A stretch of DNA of 51,690 nt, the filler included, from Sphacelaria rigidula (taxonomy: Eukaryota), in assembly GCA_964200075.2 (NCBI GenBank). It is 4 parts of 4 records of this genome, joined end to end, with 100 filler letters (N's around TTAATTAATTAA, not from the genome) between each part and the next. Parts side by side here need not be neighbours in the genome. Positions count along the whole stretch, not along the records: positions 25,899 to 38,745 come from CAXNAA020003362.1; positions 38,846 to 51,690 come from CAXNAA020003363.1; 2 more parts are not named here. The stretch is one strand, 5' to 3'. The notes beneath the pieces are model-generated. The model saw only the letters and a list, made by a program, of their open reading frames with translations, was not told the DNA's origin and did not search any database. Positions 36,311-49,586 of the stretch are shown here, piece after piece (position 1 is the first letter of the stretch; each line of letters begins with the position of its first letter). Position numbers and translations under genes: made by a program.

Positions 36311-37321
36311 TAGTCAAACGAACAAGACGCTCCCCCTACCCATCATTTCTATGCTGTAGTTGTCGCTGTGTTGTTGTGCATTTGAACACTCTATTATGAC
36401 GGACATGATGTGATGTGCGCTGGAGAGTGCCTGAACGGTTGTAGTGCTGCATGCGGTGTTCCGATAAGCACAGAAGTGGGGTGAGATCAAAGTGCTGTAC
36501 ACTAGCTACTGTCTAAACACGAAGGTGAAACGATGAAACGATCACGTGACCACTGTGCAGTTGTCTGTTGCGTCTCCGTCCGTACTTCAGCTATAGTCGG
36601 GTGCTGGGATCGGAGAAGACACGCAAGGCGGACGCGTGCACGTTGGGGCGAACAAACTGAGCCAGCACAGACTGCTCTACCCCAAGCGTGTGATGAGAGG
36701 AGCTGTCTGCCTTGATGTCCCATGTAATACCTCTTCCCCCCATTTCAGACGGGTCCTTATTTTTTGCCGAGTGCCAATTTTTAAACGCTTGGCCATGATC
36801 GCGCTTCGCGTGAAAAGCGCAATTATGACCCAGCGTGTGTAAACCGCCATTCGGCCAAAATCGAGCTCATCCGAAACCAGGGGAAGAACCATCGCATGGG
36901 ACATGTCCTATATCACTGTGCTGCAGCACAAGTACACTCATGTGCTGTCTCTTGTGCTGTAGCTGTCGCTGCGCTGTGGTGTCTCCAGGCATTTTCGAAG
37001 ACGGTTTGGTCTCCGCTGGGACTGACTACGTGAGTTGTTTCGTTACTGTCGTGGCGTTCGCCTCCTCGAAAAATCGTGCTGTCAACACGTAGTGCCCTCT
37101 AGACACTGTTCCTGTTGACACCTTCATTGTGTGTTGGCTATTTCGCCTCTAGTCAAACGAACAAGGCGCTTCCCAAACCCACCATTTATATGCTGTAGTT
37201 GTCGCTGTGCTGTTGTTGTGCATCTGGACACTCTACGACGATCACGGTGCGATGGGCGCTCGATAGTGGTGAACAGTTGTAGTGCTGCATGCGGTGTTTC
37301 GGTATGCACAGAGTTGGGGTG
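36311..37321 (+). repeat. Pair of ~172-bp direct repeats (36311-36483 and 37150-37321)
   Basis: Both read tagtcaaacgaacaag.cgct...tgctgtagttgtcgctgtg...gttgtagtgctgcatgcggtgtt...tggggtg. A partial third copy lies at ~36955. A separate ~60-bp pair lies at 35792-35850 and 36231-36290. Confidence 0.85.
36715..36904. mobile_element. MITE (~190 bp, imperfect palindrome)
   Basis: Termini atgtcccatgtaatacctcttcccc / ggggaagaaccatcgcatgggacat. Confidence 0.7.
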
Positions 37322-37610
37322 GCGCCAAAATATTTATCGCCTTTCGAAGTAATGATACTTGGTTTGGGACTGTACACGGATAATACAATTTACAATACGA
37401 CCTACTACTGTCTGCTACCTAGAGTTTACCTGGATGCTCCGCAAATATAATAGAGAAACTCCTACAGGAGAAACCCTCGCGACTTTACACCCACCCGTAC
37501 TAAAGTGCAGACAAAGTCAGTATCACTTGTATATCTTTGCTGGACTCAGCAGCAAGAAACAGTGAGCTCACACCGTTCTGCACTGAACACAGTCTCTACT
37601 GCACGCTACT

Positions 37611-37788
37611 ACCGCGTGCTTAGAGGACCACATCGGAATTTCAACATCCCTACGGTTAGGGTTAGGGTTAGGGTTAGTGTTGGGGTTATGTCTAGGGGAG
37701 TGGTACCTGCAGGTACCGGCCCATTGGTTTTGAAAAACGTCGATCCTGAGGTGGTTTGAACTACGGCGCGGTCCTCTAAGCACGCGGT
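37611..37788. mobile_element. MITE with perfect 19-bp TIRs containing TTAGGG repeats
   Basis: TIRs accgcgtgcttagaggacc (37611-37629) / ggtcctctaagcacgcggt (37770-37788). ggttagggttagggttagggttagtgttggggtta at ~37654-37688. Confidence 0.85.
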
Positions 37789-38745
37789 CTTCTCACGCAT
37801 TACAGTCTGTGTCAAGTCGTGCTCAAAATACTATTTCTGTGTGCATATGTTGCTGTGCTGACCTCAAAACAACACCACAACCACACCATCACCCCTTGAT
37901 TCGCCATGTTCTGGGCGTGTGCTCTAGTGCTTGCGCGAGCAGCAAGGTGGTTGGTGTGATGTGTGTTATCGGGAGGACGGTTACACGTTACACGTCACGC
38001 CTGTTGGCCAATAGCATCTCCTATTAAAAGTCCAAACCGAGCGAAACGCAAGCATCGGACTTTGGACTGACTTTGGACTTCGGGGGAAATACAAAGTTCA
38101 AGTCCTGACCCGAATTTGGTCTTCGCAAACACCGTCACTACTGTACTCTCTGTGCTTGCAGAGTACAGCCTGTACTTGGACAGGGCAGGTGAACAGCACG
38201 CACATAGTTCACATGAACACAGCTACACGCATAGAGAACATGCTCAGCGGGCACGGTATACTTGTAACCTTGTACTACTGCATGTCCGAGTGCAGGCTGT
38301 ACTATCCCAATTTTTGGCCAAGAACGAAACTTTGACCTACGGAAAACGCAAAGGTGTTATGGAACGGTCTCAGCGAGTAGAGCAAGTCATTCCAAGGTGT
38401 CAACATCCGCTGAGCCCTCTTTTCGGGGCAAAAACGACGGAGAAGGGTGAAAAAAGCACTCTTCAACAAGTTATATTTTTCGATACATGAGAAGTAACCT
38501 AACAAAGGAGCAGGAAAAGAGAAAATTGGAAGCGCGATGCAAAGCAGAGCAATCTATAATGTTCTACCGTAGGCCGGTGCGCGGTATATTCTTATGAACA
38601 CGGCCCCCCTGTATATTGGGGTGGCGGACAGCTATGCCTCTAGTCTTGCTAGGACGGGGAGGCAGGGGGGGGGGGGGGCAGCGGAAAAATTGGCCGAAAA
38701 ATGTCGGGTTTGTAGGGGGAAGTGTTTTTTGCAGGAAAAGTAGTG

Positions 38746-38845
38746 NNNNNNNNNNNNNNNNNNNNNNNNNNNNNNNNNNNNNNNNNNNNTTAATTAATTA
38801 ANNNNNNNNNNNNNNNNNNNNNNNNNNNNNNNNNNNNNNNNNNNN
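38746..38845. other. Artificial contig linker
   Basis: N44-TTAATTAATTAA-N44. Confidence 0.98.
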
Positions 38846-40313
38846 CGATGACGATACCGCCAGAGAGAGAAGCAACGACAGAGAGGAAGCTCCCCGCCCG
38901 TGTCCTTTGTGTGTCCCCGCTCGGCGATTACCGAACTCTCTAGAGACTGGCATCATCGATGTTATTATACCAGCATGCGCCAAATTTTTCATGTGCCAGA
39001 ACATCGACGTGTGAAGAGATTCCGTCGTCTCTTCTTGCCTGTCGCCAACGCGAAGATCGATTTCTCTCTGCCTCTCTTTTTGGACAGGACGCGCCTCTGT
39101 GCGCTGAAAACCATGTCGTTGAAAAACAGGGCAATGTTCCCGTCACCGCTACTACTGTTCTCTGTCACACGCATGCCAGCAAGGGCGGCGCTGCGGCAAT
39201 AACATATATATCCAATTGGAACTTAAAGGGTGTTTTTCGTCGTTGATTTTTCGCCGATCGCTCCCAACGGGGTGCTCGAGCAGAAGGGCCTGCCATACGC
39301 CAGTTGAGGTGGGTGTATCAGAAATCAAACACTTGTGAAGAACCTTTTGACATGCAGAGTGAAAGAAGATACCGATCGAGGTGACCTAACTGTTGCTAGC
39401 GTGGCGCATAGGCAATCCGCAGCACACGGTGGTCGCGTGGACAGCTCGGTACAGTACGAGTAGCTTCCCATAAGTAATATTTATTCCGATGTCAGGAGGT
39501 CATAGAATATCACAAGTTGGGAGGAGAGACGAGAGTGCTCTACGATCAACCGCATGTCGTTGTATTCGAGACCCACGCCATCAACCGCCGACAGCAAGGG
39601 TTTTGTGACTTTCACGCGACGCTGTCGGCAGTACGGCAGGCAAACCAGATCATAGCTATCTTTCGTTGCTCTACCGCTAGTACTCCCGTCTGCTCAGAGG
39701 TGGTCACGGTAACAAACTGCACCGAAGTCGCAACATCTGTGAAAGCTAGAGAGTTTGATTTTTATCAACTGCATCCACACAATTTAAACGGCTCTCGAAA
39801 CCTGAGGGAGGACGGCTTCCCTGTCCCCCAGCCAGGCATTGATGAGCGAGGAAAGACTTTTTACGGGCGGATACAACACAAATGGGGACCCGGAGAAGTT
39901 TCGTTCCATCAGAATCCGTGCTTTCCAACCTGCATAGCGTTTCATGCGCATTGTTCACTAATACGAACGGTAACTTGTCGATCTCTGTTCCGTTTTTCAA
40001 GGACTGCCTGATGCCGATCCTGAAAAAGTTTGGTATTGCTGTTCGATCGTATCTTCGGATGTTTATTTGGACCCGGAGTGGCCACCTTCCCAATATTACT
40101 GTGCACGCCGACGCTATGAGGGACATGTTTTCAGATCTTCCTTCAGCAAAGGAATAGTCGATCGCGCATTCCAGCGACCAACCGCCCTCCGACTCACGCC
40201 ATCGCAGTCGCCGTGCTCGACTCACACGCAATAGGTCTTCCCGCTCTGACGCTGCAGTCATCCGTTCCTTACGGCGACAACTTGCTGATTTACAGCACAC
40301 AGCACAAACAATT

Positions 40314-43300
40314 GTGGACAACCCCATATCTCCGTCCCCCACCGCAGCCGCCAAAGCCCCAGTTTCTGCTGTCCCGGCCCCAGCTCCCGCTGCCGCCACC
40401 GCCGCGACTACCACCGTCGCCGACACTGACGCCGATAGTGGTACCCATACTGGCTTCCGGGCTCCTTGTGCACTCGCACCCGCTTCAACCCCCCCTGCAT
40501 CTACTGTCGCGCCGTCCAACCCTGAGTCTTCGTCGCAGCAGGACCGACCACAGTTTGGTCCGGAGCACTGCCCCTTCGGGCTGCTCCCGCGTATTTTCAT
40601 GGCCTATGACCGCACTGCCCACGAACAACTTATCCGCGAGTATGCTGACCACGCGCCAGCTATGAATGATTTCGTCAATCGGCAGCGCAACACAGATGCA
40701 GCGGCGTCTACACTTTCCAGTGAGGAGTATCACGCTCCCCTCCGCGAACTACAGGAGGAGCGCTCACGCGCCTCTCACGCCGTAGTCGCTCCTCGCTCCC
40801 ACCGCACGGACACTTTCTAGGATAGCCCCCCCCAAAACGTGCATGGTTTTGGGAGGCAAAATCTTCACGTAAATCAAAATGGGAAACGCCGAGCACAACG
40901 AGAAGCTAGGAATTCCCACGCTTGGGTTCGTTCCAACCAATATCGCCAATATGAGGCGCTTCATGTAACCTGAACCCGAACATCAGGCGCTGTATGGCCA
41001 TTTTGTTTCGTGACACTTATAGCTGGGTTTTTTGGGGGGCTATCGTAAAAAATGTCCACGCCATCCCCACCCCCCCTATTTCGACCGCCCGCCCCGACAC
41101 CAGTGCCGAACCTGGCCGCTTCTCCATCCACTGCGATGACATCCCTTGGTTCACGCTTTCTGTGCAGACTCTTGTGGGCAAGTACACCCCCTCGAATCCT
41201 ATGCAAAGCTCTCGCGACTCTTGGCTAGCGCTCGTTCGATCACTCCAACACGCAGTTGCTTTCTATATGGAACATGACGAGGTCTGTCCCTCCAAAGATT
41301 TCTTTTCGATTACCATTGGCCAATTAGTCCAGCATATTGAACAAACCACCACCTCTTACGAACTGTCCATTGTCGATCTCTTCCACGCATTGCGCGCCGC
41401 CTCCAAATCCCCCACAGCCCAAGCTGATGACGGCTGGATCTTGGTGACTCCTTGTCGCCGATGCCACAGACATGACTTTGCCGACCATGAGCGCAATCGC
41501 AGCGGTGATTTTCGCAACCACCACGGTTGTTCAAGCTCCTCCTCTGGAAGGACCCAACCACACCGTGTGACCCGTCCCACCACCGGTTTGAACAGGGCAC
41601 ACCAGAGTAGCGGCTCGTCGAGCTCTTCTTCAACCAAGCCCAGGATTCTGTCTGCCATGAACTCGCCCGCGTCGGCTTTTGCCGACTTAAGTCGCGCTAC
41701 ACCGTGTCTAGCAGATGTTTCGCGTCAGATTTTAGCCCTTTCTGACGACAATTCGGATAAACCGGTATCTTCTACTTCGACTCACACTCTGGCTGCGGTT
41801 GCCGCCGACCGAGAGCAAGCCGCAGCTAGTGCAGCAGCAGCCGCCGCTCGAGCGGAATCCGACCGCACCACCGCCATCCAGAGATAATACATCCAAATGG
41901 ACGTGAAAAAACTTTGGCATGTGAAACCCATGCCTGCAGCAGACAACGAAGACTCGGGACAGATAATTCACTTCTGCTCTCATCACATCTATACGTCGTG
42001 CTATTCGAAACACCCTTCAGCTAGCAGACCTTAGGGGTGCTCAACGTTTCGAGAATTCCAACTGGGTTGATGGATGGCAGACCCCTCTTCACAAAGCTTT
42101 GCACCGCACCATCAACCGTCGCTCGCCCGACACTGTCGCTGCTTTAACACAAGTCCTTGATGGTTCCATGGCCGCGATGGATGCGGACGGCGCCTCGGGG
42201 AAGTCAGGCCCGGATTCACTCCGTGATCTGGAGCGCCGCTTGACCAGATACTTCGATCGCAGCAGCACTCAAGGGAGTGCTATGCAATGTCTTAGTTCTT
42301 TCTGTGTCGTAATAGATGTCCCCGTCGCGGGCTACCTCCGAGAACTCAAGCTTCTCGTTTTCAGCACTATGGGGATAGGCCGCCAGACTGGCCCATCAGA
42401 CTTGATGTGTCAATCATATGTAAGGAATAGTGTTTCCGAGTAGTTTCTGACGCTTATTCCGCACCTGTTTTCAGGTGCTTGAGCTTACCGCGAAGTGCCT
42501 TATCCCTCTGTGGATGCGATGTGGAGTGCGTTTGTTCATCAAGAAAATAATTTGACGCCAGCCATTCGCGACGACAGGTATGCTTCAGGTCGTTCCCAGT
42601 CTACTTCTGCGCCTTCTTCGACCCCTTCAGGGCCCCGCAGCCGGTCTCACACTTCGCTTCGTTCCTCGTGGGTGCCTGCCTCAGTGGCCGGCTCCGTCAT
42701 GAGCGTTGCAAACAAGAGAGACCCGTTCCGCGCCAGTTTTGACGGATGGTCGTACTCCACCTAGACTTGGGATAATGTTTACATTGTATCTACCTCTGTG
42801 TTTACTACAGATGATCCACACTTGTGGAACCCCCTCCTCTCGTCTGCTGCTAAACATGAGGCCTTCAGCCTCCACGCAAATAGTTGTATTAACGGTAGCA
42901 CACAAGGGCACAGTATGCGCGATTGTACTCGTCCTTGTATCAACTCTTTCAACCTCATGAATTCTGAGCTGCAGGACAATGAGCCAGCATGGCGCCGATG
43001 GCAGAACGCATGCGCGAATATCGCACACCCAACCGTAATTCTCGCCGCCCTTTTAACAACCGCGACAACACTCGCTCAAATCGCGACAGTCGCCCCAACA
43101 ACTACGACAATTCTGGCTGCCGGCGAAGAGACAGTTCTTCTCACCGTCACCAGAATTCCGCTGATAGACAGACACCAGCACACGGGGCCGAATCACAATC
43201 ACTCGAACTCCAACGCCAGAAACCCTGGTTCCTTTATTACTGATGGTACCGATTCACGACATGCCGACGCGCGTTTTTACGTCTTCGGCGCCGCCGACAG

Positions 43301-43391
43301 CACACACGAAGACTACTTCAACACCAACCGTGGAACGAGTGACAAAAGTTTCTCGCTCAACCTTCCCGGCACTATGCAGGAGTACGAATGA
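40314..43391 (+). pseudogene. gag: gag-like region of Gypsy B, fragmented
   Basis: A series of plus-strand ORFs (40314-40820, 40994-41887, 42099-42443, 42495-42764, 42798-43391) ending in a degenerate CCHC motif upstream of the protease. Confidence 0.65.
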
Positions 43392-44278
43392 CGGCCGCTT
43401 ATATCGACCCCCGTCTTCACCTCTTCGCACACAGTATAACAGTTGCGTTGACTCATATCTTAGCTAAACATCCGGCTCTAGACTTGGTCCTTCAGAACTG
43501 AGCGTAAGAGTGAGGTGTGGGAACACCAACCGCCCGTCTGTGAGGCAAAGGCTTCCCTCAGCGACTGCACGCACAGGCAGTAGTGTAATTCACTCAACTG
43601 GTTCAAGTGTCGCTGGTCTGAATTTGATCGCTTCGGACCATGTAACACCCACCCAGGTCAAACGAGCTCCTTCTTGCGTTCATTGCACCATTCGAAGCTA
43701 CCCCTGACTGGTTCTAACATAAACCATCCTACTATACCTTCGGCTATAACTCCTTAGCCAAGCTTGCCAGCGGACAGTCCACAAGCTTTGCCCGCACATG
43801 CCCCGATGCTGACCTCATCCACTCAACTGGACGCAGTTGGGCTTTCCCCAAACACTTTGGAAGCTCCCCGCCCTTTGTCACGGCGAGAGAGGAAGCCCCG
43901 TGACCATGCTCCCACTAAAGCGCGCGCATCAACACGTACACCTCCCTCGGGTGGAAACTGTCGACCTCACTCTCTCTCCAAATTGCGACGACTTCGAGCT
44001 CGATGAATTTATTAAGGGTTCCAGAAGAATCCAAAACAGATATTTCGGGTATATCTACCTCTTCTGCGGATTACACTGAACAACATGGATCTACTTAAGA
44101 GGTTCATCCCTGCCTTCCCAACACGGTCATATATGAAATTGCTGATGACCAGCCGAGCTGTGCTCACTCTGGGGATCACACATCATCCGCCAAACTTTCT
44201 GGTGAAAAAGTTGACCCCCCGGCGGATCACCCGCCGTCCGTTTTCGCCGTCAGCATTATTGATTCAGATCAATTTACC

Positions 44279-47200
44279 TTGGCTGAACATCGTCCGGATC
44301 TTGTCGGCGGTAAAGTGTCTGTTGATCCTACCACTTTTACTACTCGCGTAGCGCTCCATTGTGGGCCATACGCAACCACGCCTGCCAAATGTGTCTCTTT
44401 GTTAGATAGCGGTAGCCCGCAAACATCTATTTGTGAATCAATGTGGCAACATATCAAACAGATTAGCGCTGCTTTAGCAGCTTGCGAAATCACCAGCAAA
44501 CCTCGAGTATAGACGGTTTTGGTGACTCCACCGCACCTTTGACCACACGATGTCAGTTTGTATCCGTGTGCAATTATTTCACAACACAACTCGTTCTGCC
44601 AGCCTTGCAGTCTGGGCATATGTTGTCCCCGACAGCACCATGACTCACGCCTTACTCATGGGCCGAGATAGTTACATGCGGTTTGATCAACGCACCTACC
44701 GCATGCTACCACCATTATTGCCACAGTCTGCGCCTCGTGGAGAACTCAACCTAGAACCTTTCGGTACTCTTCACGGCGCCTTGGCCTATCAAAAAAATGA
44801 ACAAGCTACCGGAGCTGCATACCACCTCCGATACGATGGTACTGCTGGTGTTACCCTCTCCGACGATCCTCAACTGCTAGAAGTTGCCCTCGTCTGCCGA
44901 AATAGCATGTCTGCCCTTACGGGACATTGCCTCGCTGAAATGCTTCCTCGGGTTGGTGCGCCTGCCGGCACAGAACACTTTGTCTCCGCAGGAAAGCAGC
45001 TTCTACCCCTCACGGGTCATGCAAACTTGGAACCCGGAGATTTTTTGGGTATCGCTGCTGCTCCCCTCATGTACATCTCACTTGAGACATGTGCCATTGA
45101 ACCCTCGACGCCAAACTCGGTGCCTCCGACAGACGGTTCTGTCATTTGCGTCGATAAGCCTGATTTCGACGTAACCTATTCGTCTCCATCACGTATCCAC
45201 ACCGTGGACCCTGCACCGTCAACGGCTGCAACGCCCATCACCAGAATCTCGGCAGAGTTTCTTGCACATGTGGAATCAACTTCCATCCCATTTACGTGAC
45301 ATCAACTTTGACCTACATGGACCCGTTTGGGAACCCGCTGTAATCAAAGAATTGAGCGATGTTTCATTGGAGTACCAAGACCGACTTTCTCGATCCAAAA
45401 CGAATTTGGAGCATTGCAAAACGCTGCCCGTTGAAATCATACGTCAACCCGGCGTTTCGCAAATTTCTTCTCGACCATATCGGACGAACCCCATCCTTAC
45501 CGAAAACGTTGACGCCATTTTAGATGCGTACTTAGATGCCGGATTAGTTCAACATTCCTCTTCTCCGTGGGCCTCACCCCTAGTGGTAGTCCCCAAAAAG
45601 GATGGAAACATACGCATCACCGTGAATCATCAACGGCTAAATCGCGTTACTCTGGTTGGGAAACTTCCCATTCCTCGCATAGATAAAGTCTGTGACTCTC
45701 TAGGCGAAGGCAAAATATCCAACACCTTCGACCCTGCCTCTGGAGTTTTTCAGAATGCCGTTCACCCTGACACAGTCCCACTGACAGCGTTCTGTACATC
45801 TTCCGGGCTCTACGAATGGCTTCGTATGCCTCAAGGTGCCGCTACTGCACCCGGTTGTTTCCAACGCTTCATGTAGCGCGTTACAGAGCATCTGGAACAC
45901 GTCATAATTTACTTGGATGACGCTATCGCCTTCGGTGCCTCCCCTCTTGCGCATGTGCGCGCCTTGCGAGAGTTCATTTCTCGACTGCGGACGCACGATT
46001 TGAAACTGTCTCCATCCAAAGCTCGCCAAGGCGCTATTGGACTGGATTTCCTTGGACATTCAATTTCACCGGCGGGTCTACACCCGGAAACTAACAAAGT
46101 CCGAGCAATAACTGAACTGCCGACACCCACAAGCACTACTCAACTCCGCTCATTATTGGATGAACTGTCCTACTATCGCAATGGTTTGCCTAACCTATCC
46201 AAATGGATTCGCCCCGTTACGAACTTGCTTGAAAAAGGCGCCGCGTTTGTCTTCACCAAAGACATGGAAGCTATTGTTCGCGATTTGCTGAAAACCCTCA
46301 CCGAAAAAACGATCCTTTGTTTCCCCGACTGGGACGCAGTACAAGAAGGCTCTTGCCTCTTTCAACTGCACACACACGCCAGCACCGACGGGTTCGGCGC
46401 GGTCCTGAATCAGCGTTTGGCGCGGTCCTGAATCAGGCTCAACTCGATGGGTCTTTTCGACCCATTCTCTATATCAGTCGCGCCACCCTGCCAAACGAGG
46501 CCAATTGGAACCCACTGGAGTTGGAAGGTGGAGTCATTACTTGGGCTATAAAGCGCCTTCGACAATATTTGTTCCACGTGCCTTCCCAAATCTACACGGA
46601 TCACGGAGCACTTGAACAATTCGCCAAGGTTGGCGAATATAACCCCCGTGTGCAATGCTGGTCGGAGTTCCGGAAAGCTTATCAGTATACTGTCAAACAC
46701 CGCCCTGGCAAAACTAATTGGAATGCTGATATTCACTCCCGCCTGCCCCTTCCTCCACCGGCTGCAGATTTCAGCCCAGCTTGCCGACTAACTGAGCCCG
46801 ATGAACCCGGCGTGTACCCTATCCGGCGTTTCTCAACGCCCACTTACGCCCTTGACCTTCATTGCCCCGAGACGGGTATGCACATAGGCGGCCCTCGCCC
46901 CCTACCGTATGATGCAGTCTTGGATAGGCTAAAGCCCATAAACGCCGATTTCGCCGATTTCCGCACTATCGGCCCTCGGGAAAATATTTCAGTTCCGAGA
47001 CCTCCAGTTGTCCACCTCATTTCCGACAATACGCGCTCTAGGTCTGGCGCCCGCGCTAACCCTCTCCGCGCCCCGCCGCCACCGACAACACCTACTGCTC
47101 CTGCGAGCAGCGTAGCGCCGGCTCCCCGCAACATCGCACCACGAGCCTTGACAACACCCGCCACGCGCAATTCTCACAACAAGCGCCGAGCGCGATCTCC

Positions 47201-49586
47201 GGCGCGCACTACTGCGACAACACCGCCCGCCGCGGCACCGTCAGTGCCCACCCCTTCTGATTCTTCCGATGCACATATCGACGTTGGCACCTCCCCCCCG
47301 TCGCCTGTTCCACAGCTTCCTGAGCCGCCATGTCTCGTCGGCTCTCCGGCGAAAGGCCAACTGCGCGAATTTCTCGCCAGTTACTCCTATCCTGATTGGG
47401 CTCGTGATCAACAAGCAGAACCACCATGCCGCGCGACCATGCGGTACCTCCGTGCTGGCTGCCCTGCCCCTATCCCGGCCAACGTATTGGTCCCGGTTGG
47501 CACACTGCCACCACCAAACGCCGCTGAGGTGTACGAACTCGCACGAAAAGGTACTATCTTCACAACTGATGACGGAATTGAACTGCTTGTCCGCCGCCCT
47601 ACGCCCCCGCGGGGTGTAACTTCACCCGCGCCCACTGGACGTCATGCACGCCTACTCGACGATGAACCCACTCGGATATATGTCCCATTTTTGATGCGAC
47701 CGTGGGTAATGAAAGGCTGCCACACTGACCTGTCTTGCCATCCTGGTGTCACGCGCACATGAGCGTTACTAGAGTGTTTCTACTGGTGACTCGGTATGAA
47801 AGTGTCCACCCACTTCTGGGTTCGGCGATGCTTCAAGTGTCAAGCTCGCAAAACCTCACGGCAGACAATACGTTGGCCCGTTATTTCGATGGCACTTCCC
47901 AACGCTCCTGGTCACCTCGCGTCTTTCGATTATTTCGGTCCGTTACCGCCCACTGACCGCGGCAACACCTACATCTTGCTCTTTACCGACCTTTTCAACC
48001 GCCATGCGTCCATGTACGCAGTCACCGCTGGGGACTTCACAGCGGCAGGCACCGCTAACACCTTAGTTCAGGACTATATTAAGCACTATAGTTGCACGAA
48101 ACGGCTTCTCTCCGGCAATGGTCAGCAATTTTTCTCCGATCTCTCGGATGACCTGTATACGCTCCTGGGCATTCGAAAGATCGCCACGAGTGCTTACCAC
48201 CCTAATGGTAACGGTGGCACTGAAAGCATTAACCACACCACGGCCCAGATGCTGTCTATGGTAATTAACGATCGTCAAAACGATTGGGATCTCCATCTCT
48301 CCTATGTCATGTTCTCTTATAACAACTCAGTCAATGCTGCTACCGGTCTCTCTCCGAACGAGTTACATCTCGGCCGATACCCCCGACTACCCAACAACGT
48401 GTTGGAGAGACACACCTTCGATGGCCACCAAGGCTTGAAGCAGGGTCAGATATCCTACCATGACCTGGCACGTGCACGCCAGCGTAAAGCTTTCACTCTT
48501 GTGCGTGGACAACACGCTATCAACGCTTCGCGCCTTGAGAGATCTAATAATGCTCTTTACAATTTGATGCACAAACGCCCTACTTGGAAGGTTGGCGATT
48601 AGGTCTGGGTTTACAACATCTTGTCCACCATCCGCCAAGGCGCCGAAAGAGCCGCCAATGAGGCAGTCTTGAAGACTACGCTATCCCTTAACTGGACAGG
48701 ATCATTCAAAGTTCTGACCGTAGGGCCCTTGCCATCGTCACCTGATGGCAAGCCTGCTGGTGACAAACTTCTTTATCTCGATCTCCCTCGCGATCTTCAG
48801 GGACATGACGCCAAATCTCGCGTCTCTGTGCACCGTTGTAAACCTTGCACAAATCCGCATGACACTCGCGATATGCTCAAATATCTGCCTGCCGGTCTTA
48901 CGCAATACGTGCTCAACAGCTATTCGACCAAGTCACCGCCTTATCACGTTACTACGGACGACGTGACGGAACAGCCCCTTCACCTCGCCGTGTCCCATAT
49001 CTCTGGTCACCAAATCATCCGCGGTCGAGGAGGTAAGATCGCTGTCATGTACAAATCTCACTAGCAAGGCCTTCGGAGAGCGTCCTGGGAACGCCAATCC
49101 GACCTTCAGCTACACCGCCGAGCTATTCTCCTGTACTGAACACAACCTCAGCAGCAACATCTTGCTAACAACAAGAAATATCACAACATGCGCCGCGGTG
49201 CAGCAGCACGCGAACATCACCGTGACAAAGGTTTGCGCTTCGTCGCCGATGGCCATGAGTTGGTAGCCACCAACCATCGGGAAAAAAAGATCCGCGCGAA
49301 ACAGCAAGTCCTCCTCAAAGGCGGATACCTGGGGTACAAAGGCGGCGACACTCTCTGGTGGCCGGGCCAGACCCACTCCACAGACCTAACCGCGCCTGAC
49401 ACATACACCGTGCGTTTCATCGACGACCCCGAATTCGTGCAGATCAAGCTCCGCCCAGAGCTTTACACCACCAGTCCATCCGCACCACGAGGGTCTTGGT
49501 GTCTTCAACGACTCAAGTCCAAAGGCCTCCACCGCGGAATCCAACATAACATCGGTCGCACACATGATGTTAACGCACCGCTTTAA
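44279..49586 (+). pseudogene. pol: pol of Gypsy B (PR-RT-RH-IN-chromodomain-extra domain), fragmented
   Basis: In-frame stops (e.g. TAG at 45874) and frameshifts, including a 23-bp tandem duplication at 46391-46436 in RNase H. The second integrase catalytic Asp reads G (LSGNG). Confidence 0.93.

Noticed and set aside
36988..37752. Small exon-like segments (GIFEDGLVSAGTDY; IDVFQNQWAGTC)
   Set aside because: The first acceptor belongs to a local repeat and the second lies inside the TTAGGG MITE.
12852..38845. Regularly spaced TTAATTAATTAA motifs every ~12.95 kb
   Set aside because: Artificial linkers between length-sorted contigs (12851, 12847, 12847, 12845 bp). No synteny should be inferred across them.
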